A DNA stretch of 17,377 nucleotides from Planctomycetota bacterium (GTDB lineage Bacteria; Planctomycetota; Planctomycetia; Pirellulales; Lacipirellulaceae), in the NCBI GenBank assembly GCA_039190745.1, contig JBCCXZ010000070.1, positions 1 to 17,377 of the forward strand. The letters are read 5' to 3'. This document shows positions 1 to 8,053 of this stretch, one piece after another; positions within the stretch are counted from its first letter, which is position 1; the number at the start of each line of letters is the position of its first letter. A program made the translations under genes and the position numbers. The notes below the pieces were generated by a model that searched no databases, was not told the origin of the DNA, and saw only the letters and a list, made by a program, of their open reading frames with translations.

Positions 1-113
1 AAGTATTGATTAAATGAAGTTTGTGATTATTTGCCTGGGAAAGGTGGCTTTAATCCTCTATTTAGGCGAATCTCTACGCTAAAACAACTGAGAACCCTGC
101 TCCTAAGCAATCA

Positions 114-302
114 CTACTCAACCGATAAAAACACGAGTATGCGCCCGGACTTCATGGCCTCCAACGCCGAGCTGTAGACTTCCCCATCATTCAGGGCGAT
201 CGCCTCCGGGGTAATTACCCAGCAGAAAAACTGCGACTCAGTTCGTTGAGTCACGCCAATTAACCAGTCGCCATAGGCGAACAGCTTGACGAGTTTCTCC
301 AT
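114..302 (-). CDS. Small hypothetical protein (62 aa from ATG 302; 69 aa if TTG 323 is used), divergent from the recA fragment in the low-GC segment
   Basis: ORF track 114..323. The ATG at 302 (MEKLVKLFAYGDWLIGV...) lies outside the recA promoter elements. Composition is plausible for a globular protein. No family recognised. Confidence 0.55.
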   Translation of the reverse strand: MEKLVKLFAYGDWLIGVTQRTESQFFCWVITPEAIALNDGEVYSSALEAMKSGRILVFLSVE

Positions 303-323
303 TGAATAGGTGCGAGATGTCAA

Positions 324-352
324 TTGACAGCATCATAGTATAATTGTACTAT
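324..352 (+). promoter_or_regulatory. Sigma70-type recA promoter: -35 TTGACA (324-329), 17-nt spacer, -10 TACTAT (347-352)
   Basis: Perfect -35 hexamer, canonical spacing and a TAnnnT -10, ending 39 nt upstream of the recA ATG. SD-like GAGGT at 382-386. Confidence 0.75.
337..350. promoter_or_regulatory. Cyanobacterial-type LexA (SOS) box AGTATAATTGTACT overlapping the recA -10 element
   Basis: One mismatch to the cyanobacterial LexA consensus AGTACWNWTGTACT. Lies within the larger dyad ATAGTA-N6-TACTAT (335-352), directly upstream of recA. Confidence 0.75.
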
Positions 353-391
353 TAAGACAAATCGACACCTTTATTCTTCGTGAGGTCCCTG

Positions 392-535
392 ATGGTAGCC
401 CAGTTATCCGACAAAGAGAAGGCCCTTAGCACGGTGCTCGGCCAGCTCGAAAAGTCTTTTGGCAAAGGCTCAATCATGCGTTTGGGGGATGCACCTCAAA
501 TGAAGGTTGAGACCATATCGAGCGGAGCCCTGACC
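392..535 (+). pseudogene. recA: RecA N-terminal fragment (48 codons), cyanobacterial type, truncated at the junction
   Basis: Manual translation (not in ORF track): [48 protein letters not shown]. [23 protein letters not shown] is the RecA N-terminus. The expected continuation LDLALGGG is replaced by RDTAG-stop (TGA 551-553) read from the antisense of the PHP gene. Confidence 0.93.
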
Positions 536-1189
536 CGGGATACTGCGGGCTGACATCTCCCGCAGCATCGCCGGGAAGGGGTTCATCTCCTGGATCGCCT
601 TGTTCAATCCCGAGGTGTTCAGTTCCATCGCGATGCCGGTCGCCTGAATCCGGTCGAGCGCCCGGCGGATGTCGTCGATAATCTCGTCGGGCCGCCAGTC
701 GTCGGCGGTCATGTTCTTGATCAGGTCGGGGTGGGCAAGCGAGTCGAACAGGCCCGTCTCGGCCGCGTCGGCCAGCAGCCGGAAGTAGGTCCGCTGCACC
801 TCGGACGCGTCCTCAGACCAGTACCTTTCACGGAACTCGCCGAGCTGCGGGTGGACCGACCCCAGTACGTAGTGGAAGTCGGCCGAGGCGAGCTGCTTCT
901 CGACCCACGCCTCGTAGCCTTCGAAGTAGTCAGCTTCCAGCCCGAGCCGTACGTCCACGCGGCCGGCCCATTCCTCGCGAGCTTGGGCCACGAGGTCGAG
1001 GTAGTCCTGGAACTCGTCAGGACGCATCCGTACCCGAGCCGAGAACCCCTCCGGCATGGGGTTGTGGCAAGTAACGGTCAACCCGGCCAGCCCGCGGGCT
1101 TCAGCCACCGCGGCGTACTCGCTTGGCGTGCCGACGGCGTGTTTGCACAGTGGGGTGTGGGAGTGGGTTTCGTAGAGCTGTCGGGCCAT
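536..1189 (-). CDS. PHP-domain phosphatase, histidinol-phosphatase HisJ family; 3' end truncated at the junction
   Basis: Motifs ETHSHT, TCHNP, GLEADY, GSVH, AHPD and ELNTSG are present. After ...MSARSIP the final PHP metal motif (G[S/A]DAH) is absent, and the ORF runs on in antisense recA sequence to a stop at 470. Confidence 0.88.
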
Positions 1190-1472
1190 GAGGGGCGTCG
1201 GGCAGGAGGTGACAGGAGGGAGGGTTTCGGGCTCAGCTACAAACCCAGTTTAGCTGAGTGAGGGTCGCTTGTAGAACGTCAGCCCACGCGGGCGGGGCCG
1301 AATACGCGAGCTTTCTACAGAACCGTACCTACGCTGCCTCTGTCCACAGGAAGAGGCAGAGGCGCTGCGGTACCAGTCTCAACAGGGGCTGTGCCCCTGC
1401 CAGCGTCGCCATAGACTAATAGTGCTGCGCGGCGCTTCTCCGCGCCGACGCCACGGCCCTCACGGCCCGCGG

Positions 1473-1545
1473 GCCCCCGTAGCTCAGGGGATAGAGCATC
1501 GGTTTCCTAAACCGTGTGTCGCAGGTTCGAATCCTGCCGGGGGCG
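1473..1545 (+). tRNA. tRNA-Arg (anticodon CCT, reads AGG); CCA not encoded
   Basis: Acceptor stem GCCCCCG/CGGGGGC with discriminator G1545. D-arm GCTC..GAGC. Anticodon loop TT-CCT-AA (CCT at 1506-1508). T-arm GCAGG-TTCGAAT-CCTGC. Confidence 0.97.
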
Positions 1546-1784
1546 CTCTCGAATCTGGGATTGCAGATCGCAGATTGAAGAATGCGGCCGGCTGGTGCAG
1601 GGGTTCTTGGCCGTGCCCGCGGACCGATCTGGACCCATTTCCGCCCTTCTGCGACAACACCCCTTGCGCAGTGGCCTGGATGGGCCGCGCTGAACCGGAC
1701 GCCCCCCGCCCGCCTCGTTTGCGAGGCCCCCAACAAGCGGCGGATTCGCATAACGACCCACCCCGTGCCTATGGAGATGCACAC

Positions 1785-2408
1785 ATGAAGCGTGATTTGG
1801 AACTCGCCCGCAGGCTGCTCTTAGAGATCGAAGCCCGCGGCACCGACTGCTCGGTCAGCGTCCTGCGGAGCGGCCCCGAGCACGAGACCGAAGAACGGGT
1901 CCGCTACCACCTGCGGCTGCTGATCGACGCCGGCCTGCTCAAGGAAATCGACCGCACATCGGCCGGCATCCCCTGCATCCGGCTAACCAACGACGGGCAC
2001 GAACTGCTCGAACTCGCCCGGGTCGAGCAGCGGTGGCGCGACGCGGTGCGCACCTGCCAGCAGCGGACCGGCGGCACTTCGCTCACGGTGATCCGCGGCA
2101 TCCTTCAGCGTTGGGCGTTCGCCGCCCCCGCTCCCGCCCCCCTGCCCCGCCGCCGGTACGCGGCGCCGCGGTACCTCTACGAGAACGAGTATTACCGCGA
2201 CGGCCTCCTCCGCCGCGTCGACCCTTACAGCGGCCTGGAACGTTACATTGAGGATGCCGGCCCGGTAGAAACCCGGCAGCGGACCGCCCGCGGGCCCGTG
2301 GAGACCGCCGAGTGGGTCGCTCCGGTCGACCGCTACAGCGTCGACCTCAACGGCGACGGCGTGGCCGACGTCGAGTACGACCCCGTGCTGCCAACCTACA
2401 TCTACTAG
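1785..2408 (+). CDS. DUF2513-family (winged-helix-like) protein with a low-complexity C-terminal extension, 207 aa
   Basis: ATG 1785 with GGAG SD. N-terminus MKRDLELARRLLLEIE...YHLRLLIDAGLL...RLTNDGHELLE matches the DUF2513 pattern (MKRDxDLIRxILLxIE...LTWxGHEFL). The ORF-track start at 1422 runs through the tRNA and is wrong. Confidence 0.82.
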   Translation: MKRDLELARRLLLEIEARGTDCSVSVLRSGPEHETEERVRYHLRLLIDAGLLKEIDRTSAGIPCIRLTNDGHELLELARVEQRWRDAVRTCQQRTGGTSLTVIRGILQRWAFAAPAPAPLPRRRYAAPRYLYENEYYRDGLLRRVDPYSGLERYIEDAGPVETRQRTARGPVETAEWVAPVDRYSVDLNGDGVADVEYDPVLPTYIY

Positions 2409-2438
2409 CCGAGCAGCCGGCCCGAAAGAGTTCACCCG

Positions 2439-2470
2439 GAACGCCGCGCACGCCCGCGGCGTTCTTTTTT
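2439..2470 (+). terminator. Rho-independent terminator after the DUF2513 gene
   Basis: 10-bp perfect stem GAACGCCGCG (2439-2448) / CGCGGCGTTC (2455-2464), 6-nt loop, followed by TTTTTT (2465-2470). Confidence 0.85.
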
Positions 2471-2482
2471 GTGCGCCACTGC

Positions 2483-2488
2483 TATACT
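2483..2488 (+). promoter_or_regulatory. Putative -10 element TATACT for a leaderless or near-leaderless transcript of the compatible-solute operon
   Basis: TATACT ends 8 nt before ATG 2497, there is no SD, and it sits just after a terminator. Confidence 0.55.
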
Positions 2489-2496
2489 CGCCGGCC

Positions 2497-4023
2497 ATGA
2501 ACCTGGTCGTCATCCACCACCACCTGCGTCGCGGCGGCGTGACCCGCGTGATCGAGAACCACCTCCGCGCGCTCGGTGCAGGAGACCGGCCATTCGAGCG
2601 TGCGGTGGTCCTGTACGGGGGCGGTGAGTCGGACCTCCCGCTGGACGCCGGCATCGGCGCAGAGTTGGTGGCGGTCGAGGGGCTTGGGTACGCCGAGCTG
2701 GGCGCTCCCGCCGACGAACGGTTGGCCAAGACGCTCTTGGCTACGCTCGGAGAGCACGGCTGCCCGCCCGACAAGACGCTCGTTCACTGGCACAACCACT
2801 CCTTGGGCAAGAACGCTTCAGCGACACTCGCGGCCGGCGAACTCGCCCGCAGCGGCTACCGTTCGCTGCTGCAGATACACGACTTCGCCGAAGACTTCCG
2901 GCCGGAGAACTACACCGGCCTGCGACAGAGCCTGAGCGCGCCGAACGCCGAGGCCTTGGCCGAGCGGCTCTACCCGCAGTCGCCGGGCATCCATTACGCC
3001 GTGCTCAACGGCCGCGACCGCGGCACGCTCGCCGCCGCCGGTGTCGCGCCCGAGCGGTTGCACCTGCTGCCGAACCCGGTCGCCGCGCCACCCTCCGTTA
3101 CCGACGCTGCCGAGGCCAAGCGGGCCGTGGAACAGGCACTCGGCATCGCCACCGGCACGCCGTTGATGGTTTACCCGGTCCGCGGCATCCGGCGCAAGAA
3201 CCTCGGTGAGCTGCTGCTGTGGTCTGTGCTGATCGAAGACGCCTGCTTCCTGCAAACGCTTGCCCCGGCCAATCCGGTCGAGCTGCCGAGCTTCCAGGGG
3301 TGGCGGGAGCTTGCGGAACATATCGGAGCGCCGTGCCGGTTGGGGCTTCCTCGCGATTGCGGCCTCGGGTTCGGCGAGGTGCTGGCCGCCGCCGACGCGG
3401 TCCTCACCACCAGCGTTGCCGAGGGCTTCGGCATGGTGTTCCTCGAAGCGTGGCTGGCGGGCCGGATGCTGCTCGGACGCGACCTGCCTGAGATCACCGC
3501 CGACTTCCGCGACGAGGGGCTCGACCTCGCGGCCTGTTACACGGCGCAGAACGTACCGACCGCATGGGTCGACCAGCAGCGTTTCGTCGAAGAAGTTGGC
3601 CGGCTGTACAGCGGCGTGCTGGCGGGCTACGGAATCGACTCGGCCTTGTCCACGGAGATCGAAGACCAGCTATCTGCCCGGCTTGCCGCGCAGAGCATTG
3701 ACTTTGCCGCGCTGCCATCTAGCCTGCAAAGGTCGGTTATCGAGCAGGCTCACGGCGACGCGGCGGCACGCGCCGAGTTGCTGTTGCTCAACCCCCAGTG
3801 CCGACGGCCGGACGCGGACGATACGTCGGTCGTTGCGGAGAACGCCGCCGTTGTGGCCCGCTCGTTCTCGATCGAAGCCTCCGCCGCACGTTTAGTTGCG
3901 GCCTACCGATCTGTGATGAACTCCCCTGCCCACACCCGCCTAGAGCCGCTCCGAAAACCGGGGGCTGTGCTGGACGGCTTCCTCTCGCTCGACCGGTTCC
4001 ACCCCCTACGCGTGGAGTCATGA
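2497..4023 (+). CDS. GT-B fold glycosyltransferase (GT4-like), 508 aa, function unassigned
   Basis: N-terminal HHHLRRGGVTRVIEN, central YPVRGIRRKN, and the GT4 ExxxxxxxE signature SVAEGFGMVFLEAW. Its stop overlaps the next start (ATGA). Confidence 0.85.
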   Translation: MNLVVIHHHLRRGGVTRVIENHLRALGAGDRPFERAVVLYGGGESDLPLDAGIGAELVAVEGLGYAELGAPADERLAKTLLATLGEHGCPPDKTLVHWHNHSLGKNASATLAAGELARSGYRSLLQIHDFAEDFRPENYTGLRQSLSAPNAEALAERLYPQSPGIHYAVLNGRDRGTLAAAGVAPERLHLLPNPVAAPPSVTDAAEAKRAVEQALGIATGTPLMVYPVRGIRRKNLGELLLWSVLIEDACFLQTLAPANPVELPSFQGWRELAEHIGAPCRLGLPRDCGLGFGEVLAAADAVLTTSVAEGFGMVFLEAWLAGRMLLGRDLPEITADFRDEGLDLAACYTAQNVPTAWVDQQRFVEEVGRLYSGVLAGYGIDSALSTEIEDQLSARLAAQSIDFAALPSSLQRSVIEQAHGDAAARAELLLLNPQCRRPDADDTSVVAENAAVVARSFSIEASAARLVAAYRSVMNSPAHTRLEPLRKPGAVLDGFLSLDRFHPLRVES

Positions 4024-4889
4024 CGCAAGCCCTAGCCGACATTTTCGCCGCCGCGTCGCCCTGGCCCGAGCGCCTGTCGACCGGAGTCGAGCCCCGGTTG
4101 CCGAAGCTGCCCGGCGTTCGAGCCGTGGTGTTCGACGTGTACGGGACGCTGGTGGTGAGCGGCAGCGGCGACATCGGGCTCACCGCGTCGCAAGACCGCG
4201 CCGAGTCGATGCGAGCGGCGCTCGAAGCTGAGTCGATCGGCGTCGATGCCGGGGCGATGGTGGAGGGGTTAGACGCGGGAGTCCGCTCGCAACACGCCGA
4301 ACTTAAGGCGCGAGGAGTGGATCACCCCGAAGTCGAAATCCGCGAAGTCTGGCGGGCCGCTCTCGCCGACGCGGCGCCGGCCTCGGCCCACCTCCCGGCG
4401 GAGCAGATCGAGCGGCTCTGCGTCCGCTACGAGTCGCTTGTAAACCCCGTGGGGCCGATGCCCGGGGCCGCGGAGTGCCTGGAAACACTGGCATGGCGGG
4501 GTCTGGTGATGGGGATTATCAGCAATGCCCAGTTCTTCACCCCCCTGCTGTTCGGGGTTTTTCTTGGCAAATCGGTGGACGGGTTCGGGTTCGCTCCCAC
4601 ACTGCGGTACTATTCCTTCGAGCACCGCCGGGCCAAGCCCGGCGTGGACCTCTACCGGATGGCGGCGGACGGGCTGGGCGGGCTCGGCGTGCCGCCCGAA
4701 GCAGTGCTGTACATCGGCAACGACATGCGGAACGACGTCTGGCCCGCGGCGGCCGTCGGGTTCCGTACCGCGTTGTTTGCCGGCGACCGACGGAGCCTCC
4801 GGCTCCGCGAGGACGACCCGGGCCGGGAAGCACGGCCCGAACCCGACGCGGTGGTGACCGAGCTGGCGCAGATCGCAGACATAGTTTGA
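4020..4889 (+). CDS. HAD-superfamily phosphatase, probably mannosylglucosyl-3-phosphoglycerate phosphatase (MggB-like), 289 aa
   Basis: ATG 4020 overlaps the upstream TGA. HAD motifs FDVYGTL, IISNAQ, KP and YIGNDMRND. The specific function is inferred from the neighbouring gpgS and mggA-like genes. Confidence 0.8.
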   Translation: MTQALADIFAAASPWPERLSTGVEPRLPKLPGVRAVVFDVYGTLVVSGSGDIGLTASQDRAESMRAALEAESIGVDAGAMVEGLDAGVRSQHAELKARGVDHPEVEIREVWRAALADAAPASAHLPAEQIERLCVRYESLVNPVGPMPGAAECLETLAWRGLVMGIISNAQFFTPLLFGVFLGKSVDGFGFAPTLRYYSFEHRRAKPGVDLYRMAADGLGGLGVPPEAVLYIGNDMRNDVWPAAAVGFRTALFAGDRRSLRLREDDPGREARPEPDAVVTELAQIADIV

Positions 4890-4922
4890 GCCTGGCGGCG
4901 CAACGCAAGAAGACCCCCACCC

Positions 4923-6221
4923 ATGAGCGAACACCACGACGAGGCCGCATCGCCCATCGGCCACAACATCGGCTTCATTGGCACCCGCTTCGCGGGCACC
5001 GACGGGGTCTCTCTCGAAGCAGCCAAGTGGGCCCGCATGCTGTGGGACCACCGCCACGTGAGCCACTGGTACGGAGGCAAGCTCGACACGAACCCCGAGA
5101 TCAGCTCGTTCGTGCCGCACGCCCACTTCGGGCACCCCGACATCCAGTGGATCAACGACCGCATCTTCGGCCGCACGCTCCGCGACCCGGAAGTGACTCG
5201 CCGCATCTTCGCCCTGACGGAGTACCTGAAGCGGACGATCTACGACTTCACCCGGAAGTTCGAGATTGAGATCCTGATCGTGCAGAACGCGCTCTGCATC
5301 CCGATGAACGTGCCGCTGGGCGTGGCGATCACGCAGTTTATCGCCGAGACGGGCTTCCCCACCATCGCGCACCACCACGACTTTTACTGGGAGCGTGATC
5401 GGTTCTCGGTGAACGCGATCGGCGACATCCTCTCGATGGCGTTCCCGCCCACGATGCCGTCGATCCAGCACGTGACGATCAACTCGGCCGCCCAGCAGGC
5501 GCTCTCGCACCGCTGCGGCGCTTCTAGCGTGCTGGTGCCCAATGTGCTGCACTTCGAGAACCCGCCGCCCGAGGTCGACGAGTACGCCAGCCACTTCCGC
5601 GAAGACATCGGCCTGCAAGAAGACGACGTGCTGTTCCTGCAGCCCACGCGCGTGGTGCCGCGGAAGGGCATCGAGCACTCGATCAACCTGATCGCCGCGC
5701 TCAACAACCCCAAGTGCAAGCTGATCGTCTCGCACGAGTCCGGCGACGAGGGCGACGACTACCTGCGGGCGCTTCAGGAGATGGCCGACCACCAGGGCGT
5801 CGACCTGCGGATGGTTTCCGACCACATCGCCGAGGAGCGTGAGATCGACGAGCAGGGCCGCCGGCTCTACACGCTGGGAGACGCCTACAGCGTGGCCGAC
5901 TTCATCACCTACCCCAGCATCTACGAGGGCTTCGGCAACGCACTGATCGAGGCCTTCTACTACCGCAAGCCGGTGCTCGTGAATCGTTACTCGATCTTCG
6001 TGACCGACATCGAGCCCAAGGGGTTCCAGGTTATCACAATGAACGGGTATCTTACGCGGGACGTGGTGCACCACGTCGAGAAGGTCATCAGCGACCGCGA
6101 TTACCGGGAGGAGATGATCGACCGCAACTACGAACTCGGTCGGTTGTTCTTCGGCTACGCGGTGCTGCGTCGCAAGCTGCGGGCGCTGATCACCAACCAC
6201 ACGGGCATGGACGACCTGTAA
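4923..6221 (+). CDS. mggA: GT4 glycosyltransferase, mannosylglucosyl-3-phosphoglycerate synthase (MggA/MggS family), 432 aa
   Basis: [13 protein letters not shown]-terminal motif, [22 protein letters not shown] and [15 protein letters not shown]. Clustered with gpgS. MggA and MggS cannot be separated by eye. Confidence 0.75.
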   Translation: MSEHHDEAASPIGHNIGFIGTRFAGTDGVSLEAAKWARMLWDHRHVSHWYGGKLDTNPEISSFVPHAHFGHPDIQWINDRIFGRTLRDPEVTRRIFALTEYLKRTIYDFTRKFEIEILIVQNALCIPMNVPLGVAITQFIAETGFPTIAHHHDFYWERDRFSVNAIGDILSMAFPPTMPSIQHVTINSAAQQALSHRCGASSVLVPNVLHFENPPPEVDEYASHFREDIGLQEDDVLFLQPTRVVPRKGIEHSINLIAALNNPKCKLIVSHESGDEGDDYLRALQEMADHQGVDLRMVSDHIAEEREIDEQGRRLYTLGDAYSVADFITYPSIYEGFGNALIEAFYYRKPVLVNRYSIFVTDIEPKGFQVITMNGYLTRDVVHHVEKVISDRDYREEMIDRNYELGRLFFGYAVLRRKLRALITNHTGMDDL

Positions 6222-6256
6222 ACCACACCTCGCCCCACGACTCTAGGCAGGACTCG

Positions 6257-8017
6257 ATGACAGGAAGCGCCCTCCCGGAACCCACTTCCGAGCCCAGCGA
6301 GCCGCTTCCCCCCGCCTTCTTGGACCGCCTCCGCGGCCACCTTACGGAGTTGTACCCCGAGCGGGTCGACGAGGTGCTGCCGCAGCTGTCGGACCTGGTC
6401 GCCTCTTGGCGGCCCCGCATCCCGCAGCCGCCGGCCCGCGTGTGGGACGAGTCCGACACGCTGCTGATCACCTACGCCGATCAGGTCCGGTCCGAAGACG
6501 GCCCGCCGCTGGAGGCGATCGGAGCCTTCCTAGAAAGCGAATCTCTCGGCGACTGCCTGAGCATCGTCCACCTGCTGCCGTTCTCGCCGTACTCGTCGGA
6601 CGACGGCTTCTCGGTGATCGACTACCGCGAGGTCGACCCCAACTCCGGCGGCTGGGAAGACGTCGCCCGCTTGGCCGAGCGGTTCCGGCTGATGTTCGAC
6701 CTGGTGCTCAACCACGCATCGGCCCAGAGCGCGTGGTTCCAGGGCTACCTCGCCGGCGACGAGAAGTACGCGAACTACTTTATCGAGGCCGACCCGTCGC
6801 TCGACTACTCGCAAGTCGTCCGGCCGCGGAGCCTGCCGTTGCTGACCGAATTCGAGACCAGTCGCGGGCCTCGGCACATCTGGACCACCTTTAGCGCCGA
6901 CCAGGTGGACCTCAACTTCGCCGAGCCCGCCGTTCTGCTCGAGATGGTCGACGTGCTGCTGGAGTACGCGTCGCGGGGCGCCCAGGTGGTGCGGCTCGAC
7001 GCTGTGGGGTTCCTCTGGAAAGAGCTGGGCACGAACTGCATGCACCTGCCGCAGACGCACGAGGCGGTCAAGCTGTTACGCACGGTGCTCGAAGCAGCCT
7101 CGCCCGCGACGTGGATCCTCACCGAGACCAACGTCCCCCACGACGAGAACGTCAGCTACTTTGGCGAGGGAGACGAGGCGCAGATCGTTTATCAATTCAG
7201 CCTGCCGCCGCTGCTGTTGGACGCTTTCACTTTCGGCGAAGCCGACGCATTGATGGCATGGCTCGCCGGGCTCGAGTCGACTCCGCCCGGGACGACGTTC
7301 CTCAACTTCACCGCATCGCACGACGGCATCGGCATGCGGCCCTTGGAGGGGATCGTCCCACAGGAGCGGATCGACGCGATCGTCGAGAGCGTGAAGCAGA
7401 AGGGCGGGCTCGTGAGCACCCGCCGCAAACCCGACGGCACAGACTCGCCATACGAATTGAACATCTCCTACGTCGACGCGATGGCCCCCTCCTCGTCAGA
7501 CGACGCCGAGCTGCACGCGCGGCGGTTCCTCTCAAGCCAGGCCGTGATGCTCGCCCTCCGCGGAATCCCGGCGGTCTACTTCCACAGCCTGGTCGGTTCG
7601 CGCGGAGACCTCGAAGCGGGCCGGGAGATCCCGCGGCGGATCAACCGCAAGAAACTTGCGGCACAAGAACTGTCGCAACAGATAGGCGACGGGGGCGGCC
7701 TCTCCGCGGAGATCTACCAAGGCTACCGCCATCTCTTGAAGACCCGCCGGTCGGTTGCCCCGTTCAGCCCCGAGGCCGATCAAACGGTGCTTGCCGGTTT
7801 CGACCGCCGGCTGATCGCCTTCCGTCGCGGCAGCCCAGAACCGGCGGAGCGGGTGCTTGTTCTCGCGAATACAAGCGAGGAAACCGTCACGGTCGACGCC
7901 GCCAGTCACGCCTCAGGCCCGCTGCATGACTTGATCTCGGGCCGGTCCATCAGCGATGCTGGAGACTTAACGCTGGCGGCCGGGGAGTGCGTGTGGCTTG
8001 TGTCCGCCGCCTCCTAA
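6257..8017 (+). CDS. GH13_18 sugar phosphorylase, probably glucosylglycerate phosphorylase (YcjM-like), 586 aa
   Basis: LITYADQ, PYSSDDGFSV, DLVLNH, catalytic RLDAVG, TETNVP and SHDGIG. Acceptor-loop PYELN and ETN resemble glucosylglycerate phosphorylases rather than sucrose phosphorylase (YQVN, EIH). Adjacent to gpgS. Confidence 0.85.
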   Translation: MTGSALPEPTSEPSEPLPPAFLDRLRGHLTELYPERVDEVLPQLSDLVASWRPRIPQPPARVWDESDTLLITYADQVRSEDGPPLEAIGAFLESESLGDCLSIVHLLPFSPYSSDDGFSVIDYREVDPNSGGWEDVARLAERFRLMFDLVLNHASAQSAWFQGYLAGDEKYANYFIEADPSLDYSQVVRPRSLPLLTEFETSRGPRHIWTTFSADQVDLNFAEPAVLLEMVDVLLEYASRGAQVVRLDAVGFLWKELGTNCMHLPQTHEAVKLLRTVLEAASPATWILTETNVPHDENVSYFGEGDEAQIVYQFSLPPLLLDAFTFGEADALMAWLAGLESTPPGTTFLNFTASHDGIGMRPLEGIVPQERIDAIVESVKQKGGLVSTRRKPDGTDSPYELNISYVDAMAPSSSDDAELHARRFLSSQAVMLALRGIPAVYFHSLVGSRGDLEAGREIPRRINRKKLAAQELSQQIGDGGGLSAEIYQGYRHLLKTRRSVAPFSPEADQTVLAGFDRRLIAFRRGSPEPAERVLVLANTSEETVTVDAASHASGPLHDLISGRSISDAGDLTLAAGECVWLVSAAS

Positions 8018-8053
8018 GGCCGCCGGGCGCACCCCGACTCCTAGGAAGAGCAC

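Noticed and set aside
470..535. C-terminal 21 aa of the 239-aa PHP ORF ([21 protein letters not shown])
   Set aside because: This is the antisense of the recA fragment beyond the junction, not genuine PHP sequence.
1499..1515. T-T mismatch at the top of the tRNA anticodon stem
   Set aside because: Mismatches at pair 27-43 are tolerated and the rest of the cloverleaf is canonical, so this is not evidence of a pseudo-tRNA.
1422..1784. N-terminal extension of the 328-aa ORF and the minus-strand ORFs 1416..1784 and 1507..1782
   Set aside because: They overlap the tRNA. The real CDS begins at ATG 1785 with an SD and a recognisable domain start.
1473..2408. tRNA-anchored genomic island or prophage (tRNA followed by DUF2513)
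   Set aside because: No integrase, no duplicated tRNA 3' end noticed in the window, and no compositional shift downstream.
4269..6200. 643-aa minus-strand ORF, and similar long antisense or alternate-frame ORFs (7967..9511, 12503..13825, 13270..14469)
   Set aside because: Shadow ORFs of well-supported genes in high-GC DNA, with no recognisable motifs.
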